64,000 bases of DNA from positions 139,100 through 203,099 of the forward strand of contig CAVSUO010000003.1 in the NCBI GenBank assembly GCA_963731255.1. Reading direction: 5' to 3'. The DNA comes from an uncultured Actinomycetes bacterium. GTDB taxonomy: Bacteria; Actinomycetota; Acidimicrobiia; Acidimicrobiales; AC-9. Under the pieces are notes generated by a model. That model made no database searches. It had not been told where the DNA came from and saw only the letters and a program-made list of their open reading frames with translations. Each line of letters starts with the position of its first letter. Position 1 is the first letter of the stretch. Made by a program: the position numbers and the translations under genes. Below, one piece after another: positions 1 through 9,737 of the stretch.

Positions 1-266
1 TCCTCACGACCACAAACGGCGGCACGCCCTTCGCCACCGAGGCGCGGATCCCACCCGGGAAGTCTGTGATCACGATATCGACCGACGCACCTCGCCTGCC
101 GCAACCAGGAGACGGCAGGTACCTCCATCTCAAATTCGTCGACCCTCAGTTCTTCGACCCGGCTCTGGCGCCGCTGCAGCAATGAACCTGTCACAGACAG
201 AGCGCGGTGCTGTGACTGCGAACCTGCTCCGACTCTGGGCTGAGACACGAGAGGGACTCGCCGTGC

Positions 267-1616
267 TCAGGGAGTGAACGCCAGGGCCGCGGTGACGCCG
301 GATGTGATGATGAGCGTCAAAAGGGCCAGGCTTCCGGCGGAGACCCCGAGCAGGGCGCTGAAGACGGGTCCCTTCGCCGGCCTGGCCAGGGCGACCACGA
401 AGGGGAAGGCGGCGATGAAGAACCGCGGCCGGGCGCCGAGCGGCCCGGAGCTGAGCACGAGCGCCATGGCGACCGCGGCGTAGATGGTGACCACGGCCGG
501 TGGCTTCCAGCGCCAGAGCAGGACGGCCGCGGCCACCAACACGAACAAGCCGAGGGTCGGGACGAGATAGTCGGGCATGCCGGGATGGTCGAAGGCCAGG
601 CGGGCCCTGTCGACCGTCGCCGTCCACGGATGGAACCCACCCTGCCAGAACTCCTTCTCGATCCGGAACCAGAAGGTGACGTCCCCGGTCCGCCGCCACA
701 GGTACGCCTGGTAGGTGATCCAACCGGTCGGAGCCAGCAGGGGAGCGACGAGGGCGGACCATCGTCGGGTGGGCAGCCGGTTCACGAGCGTCTCGGATCC
801 CGGCCCGTCGTCACTGGGTTCTCGAGGGCGAAGGATGGCCGCTCCCGCGGCCCAGGCGCAGCAGACGGTCAAGGCCAGACCCACGGGGGCGGTGGCGCTG
901 GCTGCCGCGGCGGCCAAACCGGCGATGAGCCAGTGACCGCGCATCAGGGCGTACAGGCAGACCACGGCCAGGACGACGAGCAACCCTTCGGTGTAGACGA
1001 GCGAAAGCGTCATCGCTCCGGGAAAGAAGCACCACAGCGCGGTGGCCCGGTTGGCGGTACGGGCGTCGGTCAGGTGCCGCACGAACAGCCATACACAGAT
1101 CGAGGCCACGGCGCCGATCACGAAGTTGGTGAGGACACCGGCGTACAGGATGTTGAGCCCCGTGACGAAGACCGTGATCCGCAGCAGGACCGGCAGCAAA
1201 GGCAGGAAGGCGACGGACGGGGTGGAGGACCAGTCGACCGGGTGCAGCTGGGTCGCGTAGCCGTGGACGGCTATCCACATGTACCAGGCGCCGTCGTACA
1301 TCCCGAGCGCCTCGAAGAGGGATCCCTTGGGAGGGTTGAGGGGAAAGGAGCTGCCGTGGAAATGCTGGGTGGCCAGGCCGATGTGGAGCATGATCACCAC
1401 GCCGATGGCGGTGGCGACGACGACCCTCGAGGCCAGGTAGAGCCCGAGGGGCCGAACCACGATCCGCAACGACGGCCCGAGGCCGGCGGCTGCTCGCTGG
1501 CCGCGATCCACCACGGAGGCCCGCAGGTCGCCGAGCGCGGGCTGGCGGCCCGAAGGTCGTCTCTCTCGAAGCTCGATGTCGGCCACTCGCGCTCCGGTCG
1601 GGGGAGTTGCTGCCAC
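267..1616 (-). CDS. Polytopic GT-C-type membrane glycosyltransferase, PIG-V-like (tandem paralog 1 of 3)
   Basis: 449-aa ORF with many hydrophobic spans. First-loop motif FEALGMYDGAWYMWIAVHGY (WDxxWY..IA.HGY) is recalled from PIG-V/GT76-type mannosyltransferases, not searched. Collinear with the ORFs at 1623-2960 and 3001-4435 (shared blocks RPLGLYLASR, VRHLTD, ATALWCFFPGAMTLS, YQAYLWRRTG, WRWKPPAVVTIYAA, ARPRF..AAFPFVVALARP). Confidence 0.7.
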   Translation of the reverse strand: MAATPPTGARVADIELRERRPSGRQPALGDLRASVVDRGQRAAAGLGPSLRIVVRPLGLYLASRVVVATAIGVVIMLHIGLATQHFHGSSFPLNPPKGSLFEALGMYDGAWYMWIAVHGYATQLHPVDWSSTPSVAFLPLLPVLLRITVFVTGLNILYAGVLTNFVIGAVASICVWLFVRHLTDARTANRATALWCFFPGAMTLSLVYTEGLLVVLAVVCLYALMRGHWLIAGLAAAAASATAPVGLALTVCCAWAAGAAILRPREPSDDGPGSETLVNRLPTRRWSALVAPLLAPTGWITYQAYLWRRTGDVTFWFRIEKEFWQGGFHPWTATVDRARLAFDHPGMPDYLVPTLGLFVLVAAAVLLWRWKPPAVVTIYAAVAMALVLSSGPLGARPRFFIAAFPFVVALARPAKGPVFSALLGVSAGSLALLTLIITSGVTAALAFTP

Positions 1617-1622
1617 GCTACG

Positions 1623-2960
1623 TCAGGGGGTGAAGGTCCACGCCGTGTTGACGGCCGCGACGATGACCAGGGTGAGCAGGGCGAGCAGTGCGGCCGACGC
1701 GCCGAGGAGGGCACTGAAGACGGGGCCCCTCGCCGGTCGGGCCAGGGCGACGACGAAAGGGAAGGCAGCGAGGAGGAACCGCGGCCGGACACCCAGCGTG
1801 CCGGAGCAGATGACGAAGGCGATGGTGAGGGCGGCGTAGATCGTGACGACCGCCGGCGGTTTCCAGCGCCACAGCATGATCGCCGCGACCGCCAGCACGG
1901 CGAGGCAGATGGTCGGCACGAGGTAGTCGAATATCCCGGGCATGTGCCACGCCTGTATGGCCCTCCCGATGGTCGAGGTATACGGGTTGAACCGTCCGTC
2001 CCAGAAGCTCCTCTCGGCCCAGTACCAGTAGGTGAGGTTGCCGGTCCGTCGCCAGAGATACGCCTGGTAGGCGAGGAAGCCCATGGGAGCGAGCAGCGGT
2101 GCTGCGAGCGCCAACCACGGCCGCTGGCCCTGGACCGTGGACGCGGGCGCTCGCTCGATCGTGGCCTGAGCGCCCGGCCCGAGGCCTTCGAGGGCTGCGA
2201 ACCGCGGGCGGTGGAGGAGGGCGGCTCCAGCGGCCCAGGCACAGGCGCCGACCAGGGCGAGCCCCTCTGGGGCGGTGGCGCCGGCCAGTAGTGCGGCCAG
2301 GCCGGCGACGAGCCATCGCCGCCGCAGGAGGGCGTACAGGCACACCACCGCCAAGATCACGAGCAGACCCTCGGCGTAGATGAACGACAGGGTCATGGCG
2401 CCCGGGAAGAAGCACCACAGCGCGGTGGCCCGATCGGCGGTCGACTCGTCTGTCAGGTGGCGAACCAACAGCCAGACGCCGACCGACGCCATGGCCCCGA
2501 TCACGAACACCGTGAGGATGCCGGCGTGGAGGACTGTGAGGCCGGTGACGATCGCCGTCGTCTTCACGAGGATGGGGAGCAGCGGCAGGAAGGCGACGGA
2601 CGGAAGGTACGCCCCCACGGGGTGCAGCTGTGTGTCGTAGCCGTGGCTCGCGATGTGGAGGTACCAGCTTCCGTCCCACATTCCCAACGCCTCGAAGAAG
2701 GGTCGGCTGGTGGAGTGGGGCGGAAACCAGTAGCTGTTGAAGTGGTGCGTGGACAACCCGAGGTGGAGCATGATCACGACACCGATGGCGGCGTAGACCA
2801 CGAGTCTGGACGCGAGGTACAACCCGAGAGGTCGGACGAGGCTTCGGACCGTTGGAGACAGTCGATCGCGCCCGTTCCCACCCGACCCGGACAGCGGTGC
2901 CGACACCTCCGACACCTCGTTCCGTTGGGGACGGGTCCCGATCATCGTCTGCTCATGCAT
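1623..2960 (-). CDS. Polytopic GT-C-type membrane glycosyltransferase, PIG-V-like (tandem paralog 2 of 3)
   Basis: 445-aa ORF ending 6 nt upstream of the paralog 1 start. Motif FEALGMWDGSWYLHIASHGY and the same conserved blocks as paralogs 1 and 3. Confidence 0.7.
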   Translation of the reverse strand: MHEQTMIGTRPQRNEVSEVSAPLSGSGGNGRDRLSPTVRSLVRPLGLYLASRLVVYAAIGVVIMLHLGLSTHHFNSYWFPPHSTSRPFFEALGMWDGSWYLHIASHGYDTQLHPVGAYLPSVAFLPLLPILVKTTAIVTGLTVLHAGILTVFVIGAMASVGVWLLVRHLTDESTADRATALWCFFPGAMTLSFIYAEGLLVILAVVCLYALLRRRWLVAGLAALLAGATAPEGLALVGACAWAAGAALLHRPRFAALEGLGPGAQATIERAPASTVQGQRPWLALAAPLLAPMGFLAYQAYLWRRTGNLTYWYWAERSFWDGRFNPYTSTIGRAIQAWHMPGIFDYLVPTICLAVLAVAAIMLWRWKPPAVVTIYAALTIAFVICSGTLGVRPRFLLAAFPFVVALARPARGPVFSALLGASAALLALLTLVIVAAVNTAWTFTP

Positions 2961-3000
2961 GTCGATCGACCAATGGCGGATGCGCCCTTCGTGGCTGGTG

Positions 3001-4435
3001 TCACGGGACGAAATCCAGACCCGGGATGAACGAGACGAGAATCAACGTGAGCAACGCAAGTGCGCCAGCGGAGACGCCGAGGAGAGCGTGGAACGCCGTG
3101 CCCCGGACGGGCCGGGCGAGGGCCACGACGAGGGGGAAAGCAGCGATGAAGAACCGCGGGTCGCGCCCCGAGGACTCCGGACGACAGCACCAGGACCATG
3201 ATCACGGCGGCGTAGATCGTCACGACGGCTGGCGGCTTCCAGTACCAAAGGGCGACGGCTGCAGCGGCGAGAACGAACAGTCCCAAGGTCGGGATCACGT
3301 AGTTCGGTATCCCCGGGTGGTCGAACGCCAGATGCGCAATCGTGACCGTGACTGCCCGTGGGTGGAACCCTCCGTTCCAGAAGCGCTTCTCGACCTGGTA
3401 CCAGAACGTGAGGTCGCCCGTTCTCCGCCACAAATAGGCCTGGTACGCGAGCCAACCCATGGGAGCCAGGAGCGGGGCGACAAGGGGCGCGGTCCACGCC
3501 GCCCGTCTTCGCCACGCCGATCCGTGGAAGGCCGGACCAGCGCCGTCATCATTCGTGGCACCGTCCCCGCCGGCCAGCTGCGCGGCTCGCTTCCTCGTGG
3601 CCAGGATGGCGGCGCCCGCCGCCCACGCACAGCAGGCCAGGAGCGCAAGTCCTTCCGGAGAGGTGGCGCTGGCACCGGCCGCGGCGATGCCGGCGATCAG
3701 CCAGCGGCCGCGGAGGAGGGCGTACAGGCACACCACGGCGAAGACGACCAGCAGTCCCTCCGCGTAGACGAGGGAAAGAGTCACTGCTCCCGGGAAGAAG
3801 CACCACAGGGCCGTACCCCTGTCTGCGGTCGCGACGTCGGTGAGGTGCCGCACGAACAGCCACACGCAGATCGACGCGACGGCGCCCACCACGAAGCTGG
3901 TGAGGACGGCGGCGTAGAGCATGTTGAGCCCGGTGACAGCCTGGGAGATCCGCAACAGCACCGGGAGCGCCGGCAGGAAGGCGCTGCTGGCCGTGAACGA
4001 GGTCGGGGGGTTGAGGGCGGTCGTGTAGCCGTGGCTGGCGATGCGCATGTACCAGCTGCCGTCCCAGGTGCCGAGCGCCTCGAGCAGGGGTCGGCCCGGC
4101 GAGTGGGCCGGCCACGGTCCCGTGAAGTGCTGGGTCGAGATGCCGATGTGCAGCATGATCACCACACCGATGGCCACGTAGACGACCACTCTCGACGCCA
4201 GGTACAGACCGAGAGGCCTCGCCAGCGTCTTGGCGACAGGCCACAACCGCTCGGACGCCAACCTGCTGGCCCCGGCGAGACCGGCCGGGAGCGCAGGCGT
4301 CGATGCCCGCCGCGGTGACGGAGTCCGCGCCCGGAGGTCCAGGTCTGCCACTATCGCTCCCGTTCGTCTCTCATCGAGGGGTGGCCGGTAGACACCGTCG
4401 CGGCATCCCGGCGGACATCCTGGGCCCAGCCCCAA
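3001..4435 (-). CDS. Polytopic GT-C-type membrane glycosyltransferase, PIG-V-like (tandem paralog 3 of 3), frame-broken near 3163
   Basis: Motif LEALGTWDGSWYMRIASHGY and the shared blocks. After SSGVLGARP the ORF-track frame turns to nonsense. Dropping one base at cgaccc-g-cgg (~3163) gives RFFIAAFPLVVALARPVRGTAFHALLGVSAGALALLTLILVSFIPGLDFVP-stop (tca at 3001-3003), matching the paralog C-termini. The 5' start is uncertain. Confidence 0.65.
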
Positions 4436-4502
4436 CTGCTGCGACCGTCCAGGCCGTGATCAATTATGGCCGGTGGCCTGGGGGGCCAGGACACGTGCAC
4501 CA

Positions 4503-6242
4503 TCAGCGGGTCGGCAGCGGCCGCAGCCAGAGCTCCATACCCTCCACGGTCCCGAGGTGGTTGGCCCCGGCGGTCGAGGATGCCGGCGCGCTGTCATGGG
4601 GGCCGCTGATCACGAGCAGGGCTTGATCGGCGCCCCGAAGCTGCTCCTGAGAGCCGTAGGCGTCGCTCCCGGGCGGCTCGATGTGGACGGCGACGCCAGC
4701 CTTCTGCAGCTCGATCACCACCGAGGCGGCCAGGGCGGACTGGGTCGGGTCGGCGATCCGGACTCTGAGATCGTGGACGTGCATCGCCCGGACCGGCCGC
4801 TCGGCCAGCTGGGCTGCAGCACCTCGACCAGGATCGTCCGCATAGGCGATCGGGGGATCCCGAAGGAACGACCAGGCCAGGGCCAGGCACGGAACGGCGC
4901 AGGCCACGGCCAGCAGGATGGGAACCGTCGCCCGGAAGGATGGAGTCGACAGCCGCCCACGCTCTCTCGTCTGCAGCCAGCCGAGCGCGAGCAGGCCGGC
5001 ACCGATCCACCCAGGAACGAAGACAGCCGTCGTCCACCACACCAGGTGCTCGAAGAGAGGGCCGACGACCTGTAGGGCTGCCACGACCGCGGATGCGGCT
5101 GCCACCACCGATACGGCCCCGAGGGCCGTCGCGAACCTGTCACGACGCCGCCAGCCGATGGCGGCGACGCCGATAGCCAGCAGGACACCGGCCCCGAAAC
5201 CGATGTAGCGGACGGTGTAGTTGGATCGCGGTCCCGTGAACTGGTTGGGCTCACAGCAGGGGAACGCGTCCGACTTCAGGGGGAGGGTGGTGGCGTACTC
5301 GGCCACGCCTCGAAGCGCCTGACCACGAGTGTGTGTCCCACCTGCCTGTTGCGCGCTCGGCGGGTGCTCGAAGAACGTCACGATCTGACGGACGTTCCCC
5401 GGAGACTGCGTCGTCTGCTGGACGAGTGGAGGCACCCACATGAGCACGACGAGCACACCGGCCCCCGCGATGCCGACCCGGTGGCGCGTCCGCCCCACCC
5501 GCGGCTCGCCACCCCTCCTCCTCCAGGCGACCCATCCCCACAGGACTGCGCCCACCACGAGCACAGCGAGGGCGGTCGGAGCGGTTCCCAGCTCGGTCTG
5601 GACGACGAAGGAGCCCATCACGACGGCCCAGAGCAGCGAGATGGTCGAGCCGGTCGCCGAGGCGGCGACGAGGACCATCACCAGCAGGATCGGCAGGGCC
5701 AGAAGGGCCGGGTTCCACGGGCTGTAGAGCGAGATGCCCGAGGCCTCCGTGAAGAAGAGAAGAGCGCCAACGACCAAGGTTCCCCAACGAGCGGCCCACT
5801 CTCCCGCCCTGGCGCGAATGACGGCGACGATGGCAATGGCACAGGTCGCATTGATGAGAAAGGCACCGAGGAACAGCGCCCGTGCGTTCTGGTGCAGGGC
5901 CCAGTACAGGGGAGCTACCAGGTAGAAGTAGGTGGGACCGGGATGAAACCAACGGAAGTGGGAGTAGGGCCCCAGGAGCTGATGCCCGCCGAGCGAGTCC
6001 CTGATGGCCGACTCGATGATGGCGACGTCGCCGGAGTGGACGAAGGGCTGGTGCAGGCTGACCAGGACCCTGACGAGCCCGACCAGCAGCGGCACCAGCA
6101 GGATGGCGAACGAGAGGGGAACCGCACCTCTCAGTGCTCGGAGGCGCTGACCCCGCCGACTGTCGGTTCCCGTTGCGCCGTGAGCGTTTCGAGGAGCGGA
6201 GTCGGCCGGGGCGACGACGTCGGACCCGTCGACCAGCTCCAT
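4503..6242 (-). CDS. Large polytopic membrane protein of unknown function with a soluble C-terminal domain (possibly GT-C-like)
   Basis: The ORF runs to 6383; ATG at 6242 (MELVDGSD...) gives 579 aa. It has at least 10 hydrophobic spans (e.g. [35 protein letters not shown]) and a ~100-aa hydrophilic C-terminus. No diagnostic motif recognised. Confidence 0.55.
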   Translation of the reverse strand: MELVDGSDVVAPADSAPRNAHGATGTDSRRGQRLRALRGAVPLSFAILLVPLLVGLVRVLVSLHQPFVHSGDVAIIESAIRDSLGGHQLLGPYSHFRWFHPGPTYFYLVAPLYWALHQNARALFLGAFLINATCAIAIVAVIRARAGEWAARWGTLVVGALLFFTEASGISLYSPWNPALLALPILLVMVLVAASATGSTISLLWAVVMGSFVVQTELGTAPTALAVLVVGAVLWGWVAWRRRGGEPRVGRTRHRVGIAGAGVLVVLMWVPPLVQQTTQSPGNVRQIVTFFEHPPSAQQAGGTHTRGQALRGVAEYATTLPLKSDAFPCCEPNQFTGPRSNYTVRYIGFGAGVLLAIGVAAIGWRRRDRFATALGAVSVVAAASAVVAALQVVGPLFEHLVWWTTAVFVPGWIGAGLLALGWLQTRERGRLSTPSFRATVPILLAVACAVPCLALAWSFLRDPPIAYADDPGRGAAAQLAERPVRAMHVHDLRVRIADPTQSALAASVVIELQKAGVAVHIEPPGSDAYGSQEQLRGADQALLVISGPHDSAPASSTAGANHLGTVEGMELWLRPLPTR

Positions 6243-6354
6243 GTTCCCTATCCTGGCACTTGGGTCGCACCACTCAGGACAGGGCGGCCGACGCCGGACT
6301 CGGTGCCGTACCGCCATCCCAGCTCCCGCCTCTGCTCCGTTAGCATGCTCGGCC

Positions 6355-7344
6355 GTGCCCCGCGCCCTGATCACCGGGATCACCGGCCAGGACGGCCGGC
6401 ATCTGGCCGGCCTGCTCGTCGGGAAGGGTTACGACGTCCACGGCATGGTCCGCGGCCAGAACAACCCCAAGATCCAGATGGTCCAGGACGAGACGCCCGA
6501 GCTGGAGATCATCGAGGGAGACCTCCAGGATCTCTCCTCGCTCATCGCCGTGGTCGAGCAGGTCCAGCCCGACGAGGTCTACAACCTCGGCGCGGTCAGT
6601 TTCGTGGCGTTGTCGTTTCGCCAGCCCGAGCTCACGGCGGACATCAGTGGCGCCGGGGTGCTCAGGCTGCTGGAGGCGATCCGTGTCGTCGGTGGGTCCG
6701 ACGCCAATCCCATTCGCTTCTACCAGGCGTCGTCGTCGGAGATGTTCGGCAAGGTCCGCCAGACACCCCAGAACGAGACCACGCCCTTCCACCCGCGATC
6801 TCCGTACGGGACGGCCAAGGTGTTCGGGCACTACACGACGCTCAACTACAGGGAGTCGTACGGGCTCCACGCCTCGAGCGGGATCCTGTTCAACCACACC
6901 GGGCCCAAGCGGGGGCTCGAGTTCGTCAGCCGCAAGGTCTCCAACGCCGTCGCCCGCATCAAGCTCGGCCTGCAGGACACCCTGACGCTCGGGTACCTCG
7001 ACTCCTCCCGCGACTGGGGCTACGCCGGCGACTACGTCGAGGCCATGTGGCGCATGCTCCAGCAGGACGAGCCCGGTGACTACGTGGTCGCGACGGGCCA
7101 GACCCACACGATCCGCGAGCTGCTCGACGTGGCGTTCGGCGCCGTGGGCATCGACGACTGGGGGCCGCACGTGCGCACCGATCGCCGGTTCCTCCGCCCC
7201 GCCGAGGTGGATGTCCTGATCGGCGACGCCAGCAAGGCCCGGAACCAGCTGGGCTGGGAGCCGACGCTGGACTTTCAGACTCTCATCAAGGTGATGGTCG
7301 ACCACGACCTCGAGCTGGAGGCCCGAAAGGCGGGCGACCGCTAG
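6355..7344 (+). CDS. gmd: GDP-mannose 4,6-dehydratase
   Basis: [53 protein letters not shown] and [15 protein letters not shown] are classic Gmd/SDR motifs. In-frame GTG at 6355 is preferred to the ORF-track ATG at 6241. Confidence 0.9.
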   Translation: MPRALITGITGQDGRHLAGLLVGKGYDVHGMVRGQNNPKIQMVQDETPELEIIEGDLQDLSSLIAVVEQVQPDEVYNLGAVSFVALSFRQPELTADISGAGVLRLLEAIRVVGGSDANPIRFYQASSSEMFGKVRQTPQNETTPFHPRSPYGTAKVFGHYTTLNYRESYGLHASSGILFNHTGPKRGLEFVSRKVSNAVARIKLGLQDTLTLGYLDSSRDWGYAGDYVEAMWRMLQQDEPGDYVVATGQTHTIRELLDVAFGAVGIDDWGPHVRTDRRFLRPAEVDVLIGDASKARNQLGWEPTLDFQTLIKVMVDHDLELEARKAGDR

Positions 7345-7349
7345 ACGTC

Positions 7350-9650
7350 ATGGACGAGGCTTCGCTGCGCCAGCTGGCCCGCTCGGCGGGCGGCATCCTG
7401 CGCTGGCCGATGGAGCTCGTCGGCGAGGTGCTGGGCGGCCTCGGTCGGGCCCGCCCACCAGAGCCGGCCCCGCCTCCCGCCCAGCGTCCGGTCCTCGGCC
7501 GCCTGCCCGAAGGCGTGCCCCCCGCCGCGCTGCGGCCAGAGCCGTCGTTGCCGACACCGGTCGGGTGGCCGTTCGGCGAGTCGTTCCCGCGGACATGCGG
7601 CGCGGGTCGGCTCGACTCCGGCGCTGTGTACTGGACGGACTTCCTCTACGACGACCACGGTGCGACCGGGATCCCCGATGTCACCCTCGAGCCGCTCAGC
7701 CTGACAATCCCGCGCGGCACCTATACGTATCGAAAGGGCCCGGCGGCCGGCAACGGGGCCGACCTCTTCCGGGCCGCGGTCGGCCTCGACGCCACCTCGA
7801 CCTGGTGGCGGGTCGACTGGAACACCCTGATCGAGCCGACCGTGCCGATCGCCGCCTGGGCCCTCGGTGTCGATCCGAGCCGCACGGACGTGACCGAGTG
7901 GGGAGCGGGCACGGGCATCCGGGCCACCGGCGTCGACCATCTGCTGGTCGTCTCGGGCACCGGCGCGTGGCTGGTCGAGCTGGCGACCGGCAACCGGCAG
8001 ACCATCGCCTCCCTCGGGGGCGGACACCACGTGGACCTGGCCGCCCGGTCGTTCGTCGTCCGCCTTCCCCGCGCCGCCCTCGATCCCACCGGGACCTGGA
8101 CGGTACGTCTCGCCGCGGGTCTCGCCACCGACACGGGGGACGGTTTCGCCTCGGTGGACGAGGACCAGCACGCCCTCCCCGGCCAGCCCTCGGTCTACAA
8201 CGTGGCCTTCCGGACCTACGAGCAGGAAGCGCCGCATCTCAACTTCTGGATGGACCAGGCCCAGGCCGCCGCCCTCACCGAGGGAGACGTGTCCGCCTTC
8301 GCCCTCACCGTCGAGTGGGCCGACCTGGCTGCGGGCCGGACCACCCCGGAGCCGCTCCCGACCGGCCACACCAACCGCTGGTTCGTGTCGAGCCTCGACC
8401 TGGGCCAAGGGGTCGGAGCCCATCCGGTCTTCGAGACAGAGCCGTTCTTCCTCGGACGGGTGCAGCCCTACGCCGTGTACGTGCCCGGCACGTACGATCC
8501 CGCCCGGCCGGCGCCGCTGACCTTCCTCCTGCACTCGCTCGGGTTGCAGCACAACCAGTTCGGCTCGCTGGATCCCCGCTTCCTCCAGCAGGCCGCCGAC
8601 GATCGCTCCTCGATCTGTGTCATGCCGTTCGGCCGGGGGCCCACGGGGTGGTACTTCGACGAGGCCGAGCTCGACGTCTGGGAGACGTGGGCTCGGGTCG
8701 CCGACGCCTACGAGACCGACCCGGACCGCACCGTCGTCGGCGGCTACTCGATGGGTGGCTACGGCGCCTACAAGCTGGCGCTCGGCTACCCCGAGGTCTT
8801 CTCCAAGTCCGTCGTGCTGGCCGGACCCCCCACGTGTGGTGTGCGCCTGCTGCCCGGCGTCGACATCCCCGGCGCGCTCGATCCGAGCTCGCACTGCGCC
8901 CGCGAGGGGGAGACGTTCAGGCTCCTGGGCAACGCCCGTTGGCTCCCGTTCTTCGTGGCCCACGGCGCCCTCGACGAGCTCGTCCCCGTGGAGTCGGTCC
9001 TCGAGCAGGTGGTCGAGCTGGACCGTCTCGGCTATCGGTACCGCTTCGAGCTCTACCCGCTGGAGGACCACATCGGCTGGGTGGTGCAGGACGCCTTCTC
9101 GTCCGCCGCGGCTCACATGGGGACGGACCTGCGCCAGGCCGATCCCGGCCACATCACCTTCGCCTGGTATCCGGCCCTCGTCCGGGCGGACCTCGGCATC
9201 GGGTCCGGGCGCGTGTGGTGGGTGCAGGACCTGGAGGGCCGGGACACGGGCCCGGGTGTGCTGGCCGAGATCGACGCCCGCTCGCTGGCTCGACCGGACC
9301 CGACGATCGTCGCCCACCTCCACGGTGGCCTGCAGCTGAAGGGCGAGCCCACACCCGGCCTGGTGGCCGAGCAGACGTGGGCGACCAGCTCGCCGCCTCG
9401 CCGCCATCTGGAGCTCGGGCTGCGGCTGCGCAACACGGCGGCGCTGGCGATCGATGTGGCGCGAGCCGGCTTCCTGCCGGGTGAGGCCGGGGCCATCCAC
9501 GTGGCCACCGACGGCTCCACCCGCCTCACCCTCCGCAGCCTCCAGCCGGGCGCCACCGTGCTCCTCGACGGCGGCGACGCCGCCACGGTCGGGCCCGACG
9601 GCACCGCCGTCGTGGCGGTGCCCAAGGGCCGCCACGAGGTGGTCGCATGA
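7350..9650 (+). CDS. Two-domain protein: glucodextranase-like N-terminal region + alpha/beta-hydrolase (esterase/peptidase-S9-like) domain
   Basis: 766-aa uninterrupted ORF starting 6 nt after the gmd stop. The central block has LLHSLG..., the nucleophile-elbow-like GGYSMGGYGAYKLA, and FVAHGALDELVP. No obvious signal peptide. The N-terminal assignment is weak. Confidence 0.55.
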   Translation: MDEASLRQLARSAGGILRWPMELVGEVLGGLGRARPPEPAPPPAQRPVLGRLPEGVPPAALRPEPSLPTPVGWPFGESFPRTCGAGRLDSGAVYWTDFLYDDHGATGIPDVTLEPLSLTIPRGTYTYRKGPAAGNGADLFRAAVGLDATSTWWRVDWNTLIEPTVPIAAWALGVDPSRTDVTEWGAGTGIRATGVDHLLVVSGTGAWLVELATGNRQTIASLGGGHHVDLAARSFVVRLPRAALDPTGTWTVRLAAGLATDTGDGFASVDEDQHALPGQPSVYNVAFRTYEQEAPHLNFWMDQAQAAALTEGDVSAFALTVEWADLAAGRTTPEPLPTGHTNRWFVSSLDLGQGVGAHPVFETEPFFLGRVQPYAVYVPGTYDPARPAPLTFLLHSLGLQHNQFGSLDPRFLQQAADDRSSICVMPFGRGPTGWYFDEAELDVWETWARVADAYETDPDRTVVGGYSMGGYGAYKLALGYPEVFSKSVVLAGPPTCGVRLLPGVDIPGALDPSSHCAREGETFRLLGNARWLPFFVAHGALDELVPVESVLEQVVELDRLGYRYRFELYPLEDHIGWVVQDAFSSAAAHMGTDLRQADPGHITFAWYPALVRADLGIGSGRVWWVQDLEGRDTGPGVLAEIDARSLARPDPTIVAHLHGGLQLKGEPTPGLVAEQTWATSSPPRRHLELGLRLRNTAALAIDVARAGFLPGEAGAIHVATDGSTRLTLRSLQPGATVLLDGGDAATVGPDGTAVVAVPKGRHEVVA

Positions 9651-9737
9651 ACCCGAACCCCGGGCGGCAGGAGTCACCGAGCCCCCCGAAGAAGTAGGCC
9701 TGAACACGTCCGCCGAGCGGGGGACAAGGATCTGGGG

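Noticed and set aside
1-133. Partial minus-strand ORF at the left edge reading ...VDIVITDFPGGIRASVAKGVPPFVVVR (running off the window).
   Set aside because: It looks protein-like, but there are only ~40 codons, no clear start (possibly TTG near 133) and no recognisable motif. That is too little to report as a feature.
585-2291. 568-aa plus-strand ORF antisense to GT-C paralogs 1 and 2. There are many similar long ORFs elsewhere, e.g. 7341-9992 (-), 17928-20198 (-), 22253-23917 (-), 44905-46455 (-) and 55211-56710 (-).
   Set aside because: The translations are R/G/P/D/A-rich low-complexity strings with no recognisable motifs. They lie opposite or out of frame to ORFs with clear family signatures. 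Such shadow ORFs are expected at ~70% GC because stop codons are rare.
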